From Candidatus Poseidoniaceae archaeon (GTDB lineage Archaea > Thermoplasmatota > Poseidoniia > Poseidoniales > Poseidoniaceae), in assembly GCA_949372645.1 (NCBI GenBank), contig CASIAP010000008.1:22623-86622 (forward strand): DNA of 64,000 nt, written 5' to 3'. Made by a program: the position numbers and the translations under genes. Each line of letters opens with the position of its first letter. Position 1 is the first letter of the stretch. Positions 1 to 8,846 of this stretch are shown piece by piece. The notes under the pieces are model-generated. The model did no database searches and was not told where the DNA came from. It saw only the letters and a list, made by a program, of their open reading frames with translations.

Positions 1-275
1 CAACACTTCTTCCAGCGGCAGAAGTCTTTTCCATGGCCACAAAGGGAAGTTCCGATTGGGCAGTATGGAATCTCGATGATGTTCGAATGAGGCCGTTAGG
101 GCGGTCTGGAAATCGCCATCTTGCGAATCTCATTTTCAATGGTGCAGATTGCCTAGACTTGTGGGTTGACGGTCAAGCACTCAGAATGAACGGCATAACT
201 CAAACCATTGATGAGGCAGCTGCTTGGAAGGAACTCGACCGAGCAGTCGAGACCTATTATGAAGGCGTTGAGTGA
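1..275 (+). CDS. C-terminal fragment of an amidohydrolase-superfamily (deaminase-like) protein; 5' end lies outside the window
   Basis: The frame is open from the window edge to the stop at 273-275. The tail ...NLIFNGADCLDLWVDGQALRMNG...DEAAAWKELD resembles the C-terminus of MtaD/guanine-deaminase-type amidohydrolases (from memory). No catalytic motif is visible in the fragment. Confidence 0.4.
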   Translation, partial: TLLPAAEVFSMATKGSSDWAVWNLDDVRMRPLGRSGNRHLANLIFNGADCLDLWVDGQALRMNGITQTIDEAAAWKELDRAVETYYEGVE

Positions 276-833
276 TCATTCCAACCGTGACAATGCTAGG
301 CCACCGATTCCGAGTAAGAAACTAAAGAAATACGTCGGAAATGAAGCTGAAAGTTTGACTTCATAATCAATATTTAATTCCGTTCCTGCAGGGATAACTC
401 CTGATTTGGTCCCAATACCTGCGTAAAATTCGCCAGAAGTCACATGCCATTGTGCACCCGCAGAACCATTTGCGGAAGTGCTTTCATATCCTGTATCACC
501 GTATTGACAGACATCGCTACCTGATGTTGATTGGAGGAAACCCCCCCCATTTTCTCGTATACCATCGCATTGATCTTTCTTGGATTGGTCAGCAATCACC
601 AGAAAGATGTCATCTCGGTCCCAGGTGATGGATGTATCAGCACTGACGAAAAGCCCTACGGGATTACTTGGCAAGGCTTCATCTGAAAAGAAAACGAAAC
701 CTTCAATATTTGGAGTTGGAATCTCTTCGACTTGCCCTTCAATTGTATACCCTATCGTTCCAAACACGATGATAAAAAGAGCGAACCCCGCCATTGTATA
801 GCCAACTGCTTTTCTTTGAACCAATCCATTCAC
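276..833 (-). CDS. Hypothetical extracytoplasmic protein anchored by N- and C-terminal hydrophobic segments
   Basis: 185-aa ORF. Hydrophobic AGFALFIIVFGTIGY near the N-terminus and FFSFLLGIGGLALS at the C-terminus flank a Ser/Thr/Gly/Asp-rich region. It fits tightly between neighbouring genes. No recognisable family. Confidence 0.5.
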   Translation of the reverse strand: MNGLVQRKAVGYTMAGFALFIIVFGTIGYTIEGQVEEIPTPNIEGFVFFSDEALPSNPVGLFVSADTSITWDRDDIFLVIADQSKKDQCDGIRENGGGFLQSTSGSDVCQYGDTGYESTSANGSAGAQWHVTSGEFYAGIGTKSGVIPAGTELNIDYEVKLSASFPTYFFSFLLGIGGLALSRLE

Positions 834-834
834 C

Positions 835-1995
835 TCACATTTGATAGAAGGCTAAGGCGAGTATCACATAACATGCGAGTAACATCGCGCCTTCAAGCCA
901 ATTTGATTTACCATCACTCATGATCGAATTAGCGACCAGAACTGAAATGAATGTAGCAGCCGTTTCAAGAAGTCCGAATTCTAATGTAAGTCCCACGCCA
1001 AGGAACCAAGCAAACAAAACCATGACAGGAGCGACAAACAAAGCGATTTGTACACTGCTACCGATGGCAATTGCAATGGAAAGGTCCATCTTATCTTTAC
1101 CAGCAACAATAACGGCTGTGAAATGTTCAGCAGCATTACCGAAGAAAGGTAGTAAAATTACGCCGATGAAGAGTTCTGGCAAATGCCATTTGACGACGGC
1201 GACTTCAAGACTATGAACTAAAATGTGAGCCATCCATCCAACGAGAATCGTCGAGAGGAGCAGCAGAATCCATGCATCTTTAATCGTCATGTGCGGATCT
1301 TCGTGGGCACCATGTCCTGCTTCGGTAGCAAAAACATCGACGTGAGTTTTAAGCTGGAACAAAAGTGCCAAACCGTAGATAATTAACAAAACAATGGCAG
1401 TATAATGAGACAGTTTTGCCACATCGCCAATTGAACCACCCGAATGATGAACTGCGCTTGGAATAATCAAAGCCACAATCGCAAGTAACAACAGCGATCC
1501 ATTCATTTGCCCTGCATCTTGGCTGAACAACTGAACTTTGTGGTTTAATCCACCCCAGACCATTGCAAGTCCAAGAACCAACAAAAGGTTTCCAAGGATG
1601 GAGCCAATCAAAGATGCCTGCGTTACCGTAATCATGGTTTCTGCAATATCTGGATTTTGAGATGCAGTGTACAAAGCAAGTCCTGCAATAATCATTTCAA
1701 CAGCATTTCCAAACGTGGCATTGAGAAGACCACCAACGGCCTCACCGGTTCGTAAAGCAATCTCTTCAGTGGCTTTACCCATGAGGAACGCCAAAGGCAT
1801 AATGGCAATCATTGAGAAGACGAAAGCAAGTCCGCCCTGGTCAGTATAATTCGCGTAAAGAGCGACTGGAATGGCCAAAAGAAGGAAGTTCAATTTGTTC
1901 TTCCTTGGGTCAAAAGATGCCAGCAAATGATCCATGGCTTCTTCAATATCTTCGGTCAAATTATCTGAACTGTCTACGACACTCGGTTCCGACAT
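835..1995 (-). CDS. Ca2+/H+ (cation) antiporter, CaCA/CAX family
   Basis: 386-aa ORF with about 10-11 hydrophobic helices. It carries the duplicated alpha-repeat signature GNAVEMIIAG and GNAAEHFTAV typical of CAX/ChaA exchangers. Confidence 0.85.
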   Translation of the reverse strand: MSEPSVVDSSDNLTEDIEEAMDHLLASFDPRKNKLNFLLLAIPVALYANYTDQGGLAFVFSMIAIMPLAFLMGKATEEIALRTGEAVGGLLNATFGNAVEMIIAGLALYTASQNPDIAETMITVTQASLIGSILGNLLLVLGLAMVWGGLNHKVQLFSQDAGQMNGSLLLLAIVALIIPSAVHHSGGSIGDVAKLSHYTAIVLLIIYGLALLFQLKTHVDVFATEAGHGAHEDPHMTIKDAWILLLLSTILVGWMAHILVHSLEVAVVKWHLPELFIGVILLPFFGNAAEHFTAVIVAGKDKMDLSIAIAIGSSVQIALFVAPVMVLFAWFLGVGLTLEFGLLETAATFISVLVANSIMSDGKSNWLEGAMLLACYVILALAFYQM

Positions 1996-2044
1996 GTTTT
2001 GGTCGAAGGAGGCTCACCCCTTGACTTCACCGCTTGGATGAAAC

Positions 2045-5000
2045 TCAGTCGTCGCCCTTTTTACGGCCAACTGCACGTCGTTTTGGAGCCTTTCGAGGAG
2101 CTGCACGACGACCAACTGCACGCTTCTTAGCAATAGGCTTTGATTCCTCTTCTTCCTCTTCCTCTTCATCATCATCGTATTCGCCCCAGTCGATTCCGTC
2201 ATCATCGTCTTCTTCTTCGGCAACGATCTCAGGAACCTCCTTCTTTCGGCGAGTTTTACGAGAAACTGTGTTCACTGCAAAGGGATCTTCCTCTTCTTCC
2301 TCTTCCTTCACTTCAGTATCAGCGGTTTTTTCTTCAGATTTATCACCACTGGTATCAGTAACAGTAGCCATGTCGAGGCCTTGGGAAGTACCAATAAATT
2401 CAGACATCCAATCTTCATCTTCGTCTTCATCATCATCACTCTTCTTCTTCTTTGGACCACTCATGCTTGTTCGAATAACCATCAGCATTACAATGAGGGA
2501 CAAAGTAAAAACCCCTGCCAAAATCCATACAAGAATGTAAGGTGGGTCTGTCATTGAAGGGTTGATGACCACTGGTTCTGGTTCAGGCTTAAGCGATTCA
2601 ACATAGTTACAAGAGGTTGTACCATCAAGACGGTTTCGACATTCATCGACTATGAAGACAACACTCGCTGAACGTTCATTACCTGCAGAATCGATTGCTC
2701 GAACATAGACTGCGTGTTGCCCAGGTAAAAAGTTACCAGCTGAGAATTCGAGGTCGAGAACAAGTGAACTGTTGTCTTCGTTGAGATTCGTAACAGAAGT
2801 TGCTTCAGTCCATGGCGTAGAGACCGATTGACCCGTACCGTAATTATAGGTGAATTTGTATTGGAAAGAATCGATTCGAACATCGTCGAGGGCCCCTGCA
2901 AGAACTTGAATATTATTTCCATAGAGGTATTTGGAGCCACTAGCAGACCCATCAGAGCCTGAAGAAGGGGAATAAATTGTCACTGCAGGCGGAAGGGCAT
3001 CAACAGCACGATCAGTCCACCTCTGTGTAGCTTGATTATTGGCTAAATCTTCCATTTCAACTTCAAAGACCATGTCTCCAGCAATGGTGGAAGTGGTGAT
3101 AAAGAAGTCAAGCTGATAGACTGGTCCACGGTTCGGATTTCCAGCATTTTCTTGTATCAAAGCCATTTCTTTGGAACCACTTGAGAGATCTCCACCATTC
3201 ACTGTGGTGATGTTAATCATTGGGCTTATGTCGAGGTATTCATCAAATTCAATTTGGACTTTATAATCACCAGCAATCAAAGAAGGACTTGTAAATGCCT
3301 CATTGTCTTCATTGATGAGAAGAAGAGTTCCTTGAGGTGCTCTTGTATCTTCCTTCACTTTAATTGCATTCGAATTAATCCCTGAATAAGTCTCAGGGTT
3401 GCTGTTGCCCCACTTGTCAGTAATGATGACAGCATACCAAACTTCACGATCGACATCCATAGGAACATCCAGTTGGCGGAAAAAGGTATTTTCTGTACTA
3501 CTTCCTGAGTATATATTGTCAATCGCTAGTTCCCATCCTTCTTCATGAATCGAACTAAGTTCGCTATCATCTTGACCAAATGGATCTCCAAAGTGGCGCC
3601 AAACCTGATACATTTCATCGGTTTCTTCATCAGCATTGAACCATTCCAAACTTACTTTGTTGAGATAACCTATCGACTCAACTACTTTCATTCGTGCCGG
3701 GAGTGGATCTGTCGTGTCTTCTTTGTTATCTTCATCGATTTGGTAGACATTTTGATTCAATCGCTTATCCATGTACGTTCCTGAAATATGTCCATAGAGA
3801 GCTTCAGTGGTTACAAAGTAAAACGGACGTTGTGCGTTGAGTGATTCAGGAAGCTCGACATCGAAAAAGCCGATGCCATCACTTACCGAACCAAGCCAAT
3901 TGAGGGAGCCGTTGAAACTTGCCCATTCTGCTCCAGTGACCCGCCATCCAGCAGAATAAATGTGGTAACGCTCCCCTTCGACACCAAGTTGATCGGTCCA
4001 AGAGACTCGTGTCGTCTGGTTACCCATGAATTCAGCATGCACATCTGCGGGTTCAGCAATCCATGGAGTAAATGCATCCTCAAATACTGCATCAGAACAA
4101 GCGTTCGGGGATATTTCGGTGCTGAAGACGCCAAACATATCAACTGTAGCTATGCAATAGTAGGCATAACCTAAGCGACCAGTCGGGACTTCATACGCAA
4201 AGGACTCAACATCTTCAGAAATGGTGGCTAGGAATTGAACGTCTGAACGAAGAACTGAATTAAACGCGGTTCCTGACATGTAAATTCGATAAGATTCACC
4301 GCTTTCACCTGTAACATCGCTCCATGAAACTGTTGTCGTTCCACCACCATCGGTCGGCTCTGGAGCAAACAATGCATACATCGAACTAACTTGTGCTGGA
4401 GCCATGTTGTCTTCCAAGATTGGTGAGGTCATGGCGTTGTTTGATAAGAATCGAGCGTCAGTGTAGTTGATACCTGGTGCAATTGAATTTGGAAGAAGGT
4501 AGGTAATTGAATAGTATGCATTTCGGTCGGTTTGTTCAGGTACCGAAATGGTCAGAGTAGAGGTCCCTGGTGGAAGTTCTGCAACCGGTGTTTCAACTGA
4601 CATCATGTTCGCCCCATTCGAACGGTCGACTGGGTAAGTTGTTCTGTAGAGATGGATTTGATATGCATTCCCTCCAGTTTCTGGATGAGTTGAGGGGATC
4701 AAAGCGTTATAGTTGACCCATTGCAATGTTGTGTTGCTGGTATCTGGGTCGAACGAGCCAACGAGATTGTAGGGTGTAAGAATCAGAGAGGTTTGTTCAA
4801 GCACTGGCTCTGCAGTGAGGGAAGCATTGGTGTCTAAATCCAGCAATTCGGTTCCATCACCAAGTGTTGTCGTTACCGCATAATAGAAACTGTCGTTCTC
4901 ACCAGGTGCAACGATAAAAGAGGTTGAATGTGGAGCTACTGTACCATTGAGTCCTCGACATTTGAAAGCATCGTTAACAACTTCGACAGAGGAGCATGCA

Positions 5001-5335
5001 GTGATGCCGGTTTCAAACGGGGTTAAGTTGTTGATACTTGTGGAATTGATAGGAGCACTTGAGCGGTAGACATTATAGGTGGCTGAAAAGAGACCTTGGA
5101 GGATTGAACCATCGGTATCGATATTCCTCCAGGTCACTGTGGTGGTCTCTGATACGGGATCAAAAACCGCATTGATATCTTGAGCTTGCAAATTACCAGG
5201 CGCTCCAATATCTTCAGCAGATACGGGAGAGAGTGGTGCCAATGCCAGAAGCATGCAAAACACAAGGAAAATCGCTTTTCTCTTGCCTTCAGTACCGAGC
5301 AATTTGTCTGTCATCATCCCTCTTGTGGTATGCAA
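2045..5335 (-). CDS. Large type-I surface protein with FN3/Ig-like repeats, one C-terminal TM and a hyper-charged cytoplasmic tail
   Basis: 1096-aa ORF. Signal-like KRKAIFLVFCMLLALAPLSPVSAED. Thr/Ser/Asn/Asp-rich ectodomain with recurring FN3-like strand patterns (TTVTWRN, TTTVSWSDV..YRIYMS, TTRVSWTDQ..YHIYSAG, VSLEWFNAD..YQVWRH). TM PYILVWILAGVFTLSLIVMLMVI. This is followed by a Glu/Asp- and Lys/Arg-rich tail of about 145 aa. Confidence 0.75.
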   Translation of the reverse strand: MHTTRGMMTDKLLGTEGKRKAIFLVFCMLLALAPLSPVSAEDIGAPGNLQAQDINAVFDPVSETTTVTWRNIDTDGSILQGLFSATYNVYRSSAPINSTSINNLTPFETGITACSSVEVVNDAFKCRGLNGTVAPHSTSFIVAPGENDSFYYAVTTTLGDGTELLDLDTNASLTAEPVLEQTSLILTPYNLVGSFDPDTSNTTLQWVNYNALIPSTHPETGGNAYQIHLYRTTYPVDRSNGANMMSVETPVAELPPGTSTLTISVPEQTDRNAYYSITYLLPNSIAPGINYTDARFLSNNAMTSPILEDNMAPAQVSSMYALFAPEPTDGGGTTTVSWSDVTGESGESYRIYMSGTAFNSVLRSDVQFLATISEDVESFAYEVPTGRLGYAYYCIATVDMFGVFSTEISPNACSDAVFEDAFTPWIAEPADVHAEFMGNQTTRVSWTDQLGVEGERYHIYSAGWRVTGAEWASFNGSLNWLGSVSDGIGFFDVELPESLNAQRPFYFVTTEALYGHISGTYMDKRLNQNVYQIDEDNKEDTTDPLPARMKVVESIGYLNKVSLEWFNADEETDEMYQVWRHFGDPFGQDDSELSSIHEEGWELAIDNIYSGSSTENTFFRQLDVPMDVDREVWYAVIITDKWGNSNPETYSGINSNAIKVKEDTRAPQGTLLLINEDNEAFTSPSLIAGDYKVQIEFDEYLDISPMINITTVNGGDLSSGSKEMALIQENAGNPNRGPVYQLDFFITTSTIAGDMVFEVEMEDLANNQATQRWTDRAVDALPPAVTIYSPSSGSDGSASGSKYLYGNNIQVLAGALDDVRIDSFQYKFTYNYGTGQSVSTPWTEATSVTNLNEDNSSLVLDLEFSAGNFLPGQHAVYVRAIDSAGNERSASVVFIVDECRNRLDGTTSCNYVESLKPEPEPVVINPSMTDPPYILVWILAGVFTLSLIVMLMVIRTSMSGPKKKKSDDDEDEDEDWMSEFIGTSQGLDMATVTDTSGDKSEEKTADTEVKEEEEEEDPFAVNTVSRKTRRKKEVPEIVAEEEDDDDGIDWGEYDDDEEEEEEEESKPIAKKRAVGRRAAPRKAPKRRAVGRKKGDD

Positions 5336-5413
5336 CCGTTATGAGCATGTCGCACATTCATCCGCTAAACAAGGGTTTCATCACACCCCTACGGGGTGAC
5401 CAAAGGGTCGAGA

Positions 5414-6130
5414 TTATTCGTCTTCTGAAGACTGAATTGATTGAGGCAATGGGTCTTCTAAATCGATGCGTGTAATCTCAGATTTTGCTTGTTGGAAACG
5501 AACAATGAAGGTCCATAATCCACCAAAAGTAGAAATCAAAACAATCACGCTCATCGGATTGATTGGGATATGGTCCAAAATGCCAGGGAGCATACCAAAA
5601 TCTCCAACCCCTAGATGGATGAAAAACCCCGTGAGGAAAATGGCTACAATCATGAGTATTGTTCGGTCTGCTCTGGAAAATCCTCGATAGTTACGTGAAC
5701 CTGCGACTGCTTGGGCTTGAGTGCCCATATATGACCCCAATAAGGTGAGTAAAGCTGCAAACAAGCCAAGAGTGAGATCTCCAACAAAAACTGAGCCTGC
5801 TATACACAAAATCCAAAATGCATCCAATATACGGTCAAAGGTATGGTCAAGATAGTCGCCCCAGCGAGTTACATTACCGTATTTTCGAGCTAAAGGGCCG
5901 TCTAAACCGTCTAAAATCATGGCGAAGATAATCAATATCCCTCCACCAAACAACATATTGGCTCCAAACGATGAGTATTCTGCAGTCAGAACTGCAAGTC
6001 CGCCGAGTAAACCTATAGGGAGTGCGACCCATGTTACCGTCGATGGTTTAACGCCTGAAAGTGAGTCCAAAAGGGGGGTCAAGATGTCCTCCCATGCGCT
6101 GCGAAGTTTTTCTAAAGCCATGGTTCTCAA
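5414..6130 (-). CDS. CDP-alcohol phosphatidyltransferase (archaeal polar-lipid head-group synthase, e.g. archaetidylserine/inositol-phosphate synthase type)
   Basis: Complete signature D-G-x2-A-R-x8-G-x3-D-x3-D in LDGLDGPLARKYGNVTRWGDYLDHTFDRILD. Multi-TM protein of 238 aa. Confidence 0.85.
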   Translation of the reverse strand: MRTMALEKLRSAWEDILTPLLDSLSGVKPSTVTWVALPIGLLGGLAVLTAEYSSFGANMLFGGGILIIFAMILDGLDGPLARKYGNVTRWGDYLDHTFDRILDAFWILCIAGSVFVGDLTLGLFAALLTLLGSYMGTQAQAVAGSRNYRGFSRADRTILMIVAIFLTGFFIHLGVGDFGMLPGILDHIPINPMSVIVLISTFGGLWTFIVRFQQAKSEITRIDLEDPLPQSIQSSEDE

Positions 6131-6190
6131 ACTCCTGTCACAAGAGAGGGGTGTTTGTTGTTGCGGTTCTCCGTGAGCAAAAATAGGGAC

Positions 6191-6724
6191 TTACATCCAT
6201 CCAATTGCTTGCGAGCTGGATTCTGTAAGGGAAAGCGATGGGCATTTATTCATCACCCATTCAACAATCTGTGATTGCATTTCTTCAATCGATAATGAAG
6301 TGCTGTCAAGTTCTAAAAGAGGTGCTTCAATTTCAAATTCTAACAGTTCAGACCATGTGCCTGAAAGCAATTCCCATTCGACATTGGCTGCTATTTTGGA
6401 TGGTGAGTACGCTCTGGCCTCCAATCGTTGCTTCAAGAGAACTGGGTTACAACGCAACAGAATGATAGCGTCGACTTCAAGCAGATGAGAAAGATGGCCG
6501 TCGATAAATGAAACTCCTTCTCCTTCATCATGCCATTTTTCAGCCAAAAGGTGGATGTCAAGCGGGGCGGAATCATCCGTTGCATCGACTGCACCCAAGC
6601 ATCCATGCTGCTCTGCTAAATCTTGCAATGAGAGCACTGTAAAAGACGTACTCAACGCTTCACAAAGTGTGGTTTTACCTGTACCCGGAGTGCCGGTTAT
6701 GGCGATACTTATGCGTTGGTCCAT
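6191..6724 (-). CDS. Fap7/AK6-type putative adenylate kinase (ribosome-biogenesis NTPase)
   Basis: P-loop ISIAITGTPGTGKTTLCEAL at the extreme N-terminus. Size of about 177 aa is typical of archaeal Fap7. Start chosen at ATG 6724; the ORF is open to 6757. Confidence 0.65.
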   Translation of the reverse strand: MDQRISIAITGTPGTGKTTLCEALSTSFTVLSLQDLAEQHGCLGAVDATDDSAPLDIHLLAEKWHDEGEGVSFIDGHLSHLLEVDAIILLRCNPVLLKQRLEARAYSPSKIAANVEWELLSGTWSELLEFEIEAPLLELDSTSLSIEEMQSQIVEWVMNKCPSLSLTESSSQAIGWM

Positions 6725-6861
6725 GTATCCCCATGGCCTCAGCCAAATAAACGCCAAGGCTTGATGTTGGGACGGGTAGAGGGTTCTGAAAGGGCTTTAT
6801 CTTGACCGAGCCGAACAGGCAAAGGCATGATAGGTCATCACTTACAGCAGTGAATGTCGCC

Positions 6862-7611
6862 ATGTTTGGAATGAATGACCCCGCTCAAACCTTGCTTCAA
6901 TTGGAGCGGTATATTGAGGACGGGAGAATGGAAATGTCAGAAGTAATGGCAACCCAATTCACTGAGATGTTTCTCTCACAGAAAAAAAGAACTACAGATG
7001 CACAAATTATGTTAGTGAAGGGGTTACGGATTCTTAGTGATGTCTTTTTGGCCCGTGGTAAATATCAGCGGGCAATCGCCAGCGTCAAAACGCTTCATCG
7101 TGAACGGAAAAAAATGATTCGAACCCTTTCAAAAGGAGCCCCTCACTTACTTGAAAAAATCACGGCGCCGGCTGAAGATTACCGGCGTGCTGGTAAAATT
7201 TATGCCGCTGCAGGAAAAACAGGAACTGCTATGAAGGCTTTTTCGAAATGTGAAAAACTGTCACCCGGTCATGTGGCAGCTTCAATGGAAGCGTGTCAAC
7301 TACTCGGATTCGATAAAAAGAGTGTCAACCGGTTCGTTTCAAACGTTCAAGCCGCAGGGCCCGTGATTTTGTCCAGTGGACGCTTTGAATTGCAACCTCC
7401 AAACCGGCCTGAAGCTGAAGCACGTGAGGTCCAAACTGTTTTGCAATCCGCAGTAGAGGCTGCTATCGGTTCAACTGATGCTTGTCAACTACAAATAACG
7501 CGAATCTCGGATGAAGTCGGAGCAATAGAGCGCGGTGAAGCAGCTGCAAACGCTCGATTGCAGGCGGCAATGGATCTTCTCAAACCACAACACGACTACT
7601 ACGAGTATTGA
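6862..7611 (+). CDS. Hypothetical helical (TPR-like?) protein
   Basis: ORF is open from 6802 (non-ATG); the first ATG is at 6862. It is helix-rich with Ala/Lys/Arg composition. No diagnostic motif. Confidence 0.45.
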   Translation: MFGMNDPAQTLLQLERYIEDGRMEMSEVMATQFTEMFLSQKKRTTDAQIMLVKGLRILSDVFLARGKYQRAIASVKTLHRERKKMIRTLSKGAPHLLEKITAPAEDYRRAGKIYAAAGKTGTAMKAFSKCEKLSPGHVAASMEACQLLGFDKKSVNRFVSNVQAAGPVILSSGRFELQPPNRPEAEAREVQTVLQSAVEAAIGSTDACQLQITRISDEVGAIERGEAAANARLQAAMDLLKPQHDYYEY

Positions 7612-7614
7612 GGA

Positions 7615-7692
7615 TGGTAACGAGAGATGGATTTGAACCATCGATCTCCGGGTTATGAGCCCGACGGGATATCCAGACTACCCCACCTCGTT
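7615..7692 (-). tRNA. Initiator tRNA-Met (anticodon CAT), CCA encoded
   Basis: The reverse complement reads AACGAGG-TG-GGGTAGTCTGGATATCCC-G-TCGGG-CTCATAA-CCCGG-AGATC-GATGG-TTCAAAT-CCATC-TCTCGTT-A-CCA. The cloverleaf folds. It has an A1:U72 pair and three G:C pairs closing the anticodon stem, the archaeal initiator hallmarks. Confidence 0.85.
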
Positions 7693-7802
7693 ATGGCCTT
7701 GGCTGAACTCCTCCCGTTCTTCAATGCACCGATGCCCCTTCCAAGCATTGTTGCTCGAAATATTGCAGAATTCATTCGAAAATAGCCAAAATCGGCATTG
7801 GA

Positions 7803-8267
7803 TTGATGAAGAAGAAGCGTTTGTCCTCATCTATGCGAGCACGCTTGTCCATGCCGGTCCTCCTATGTGCACTGCTCGTTTGTGCATCTTTTGCAGGTTG
7901 TCTAGGGGGTGAAGAAGAGGTGGGGGACAACAGTGCCATCGACCTTATCGTCTATTTCGATACGACCTCGGGGGTAATAGAGGAAGTCATGCAAAATAAC
8001 CAACAAGTCTCTGAAACCGGTGTTGAGATCAAGTTTGACTTCTCCTACACAAAATCCTCAGCAGGTGAAATGGTCACGTTCTACTACATTCCTGGTGATG
8101 GCTCCAGTGTGATTGAAAACAATGCGGCTGAAAACGGTGAAATTACCTACACCTATCTTACCCACGGCTTGTTCTCTGCCGCCATTGGTGCCATCGATGA
8201 CCAAGACAATGAATACTTCGAAAACATCACGATCCGTATCGACAAAAGAATCACATGGTCACGATGA
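7803..8267 (+). CDS. Secreted lipoprotein-like protein with PKD/Ig-like domain (possibly the 5' part of a gene interrupted by TGA)
   Basis: Signal plus lipobox-like LLCALLVCASFAGCLGG. PKD-like pattern FDFSYTKSS..YYIPGDGS..ITYTYLTHGLFSAAIGAIDDQDN. Confidence 0.55.
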   Translation: MMKKKRLSSSMRARLSMPVLLCALLVCASFAGCLGGEEEVGDNSAIDLIVYFDTTSGVIEEVMQNNQQVSETGVEIKFDFSYTKSSAGEMVTFYYIPGDGSSVIENNAAENGEITYTYLTHGLFSAAIGAIDDQDNEYFENITIRIDKRITWSR

Positions 8268-8291
8268 CTAGTACTGACGGCACCTGATGCC

Positions 8292-8666
8292 ATGAACATC
8301 GAAACAACACCAGACTGCGATTGCGTTGCACCAGAGCAAATCAAAATCGATTCAACAGTGGCGAATCCTGAAAACGGACCAGGAGGATTATTCCAAGGAC
8401 AAACGGTTACAGTGACCTGGAGATTACTCAATTCAACTGACGCTGTTGCTACAGAATCTGCACCGGAACAAATTGGCGATGGACAAGATGCGAGTTGGAT
8501 GTATAACCAATACTTCATCGAACCTGGAACTTGGAAACTTGAAGTCGATGTCACGGCAGAAGGAAACGGTGATGAACAAGTCAACGTCGACCACACCGTA
8601 ACCATCGCTTATGTCGCTGACGAAAGTGTTCCAAATCCAATGGCTGCTCAAGTTCCAGAAGAGTGA
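8292..8666 (+). CDS. Ig-like acidic domain ORF, in frame with 7803-8267 (probable continuation)
   Basis: It is in the same frame as the upstream ORF, separated only by TGA 8265-8267 plus 8 sense codons. It has no signal peptide and no obvious SD of its own. Composition is extracellular-like. Confidence 0.4.
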   Translation: MNIETTPDCDCVAPEQIKIDSTVANPENGPGGLFQGQTVTVTWRLLNSTDAVATESAPEQIGDGQDASWMYNQYFIEPGTWKLEVDVTAEGNGDEQVNVDHTVTIAYVADESVPNPMAAQVPEE

Positions 8667-8682
8667 TATTCGCCTTCACAAA

Positions 8683-8709
8683 TTCACTTTTCATTTTATA
8701 AAAAGTGAA
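8683..8709 (+). terminator. AU-rich perfect hairpin (9-bp stem, 9-nt loop) with T-runs downstream of the 8292-8666 ORF
   Basis: TTCACTTTT-CATTTTATA-AAAAGTGAA lies 17 nt after the stop codon, within a T-rich context. Function as a terminator or as a radA-upstream operator is not established. Confidence 0.25.
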
Positions 8710-8846
8710 CTTAAAGTGAAAATTAAGCATCCTGTACATCGTTTAGAGGCCCGAGTAATCCCCTTCATGGAGCGTATAATTATCGCGCCCTGTTTCTGTC
8801 TTTGATATAGTGTTGGCATACCAGCAAGGTTTGGAAGTGAACAGAT

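Noticed and set aside
2034-2540. 168-aa Ser-rich ORF on the plus strand
   Set aside because: It is the antisense mirror of the Glu/Asp-rich tail of the 1096-aa minus-strand gene. It is low-complexity and lies entirely inside a much better-supported CDS.
7655-7912. 85-aa plus-strand ORF
   Set aside because: Its 5' part overlaps the tRNA-Met gene. Its 3' part is out of frame with the lipoprotein ORF that has a proper signal peptide.
8265-8267. Possibility that TGA is globally recoded (Trp/Gly/Sec) in this organism
   Set aside because: Many well-supported genes in the window terminate at TGA at the expected protein end, for example radA (9882-9884), icd and ftsZ. Genome-wide reassignment is therefore excluded. 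Only local read-through, error or pseudogenisation remains.
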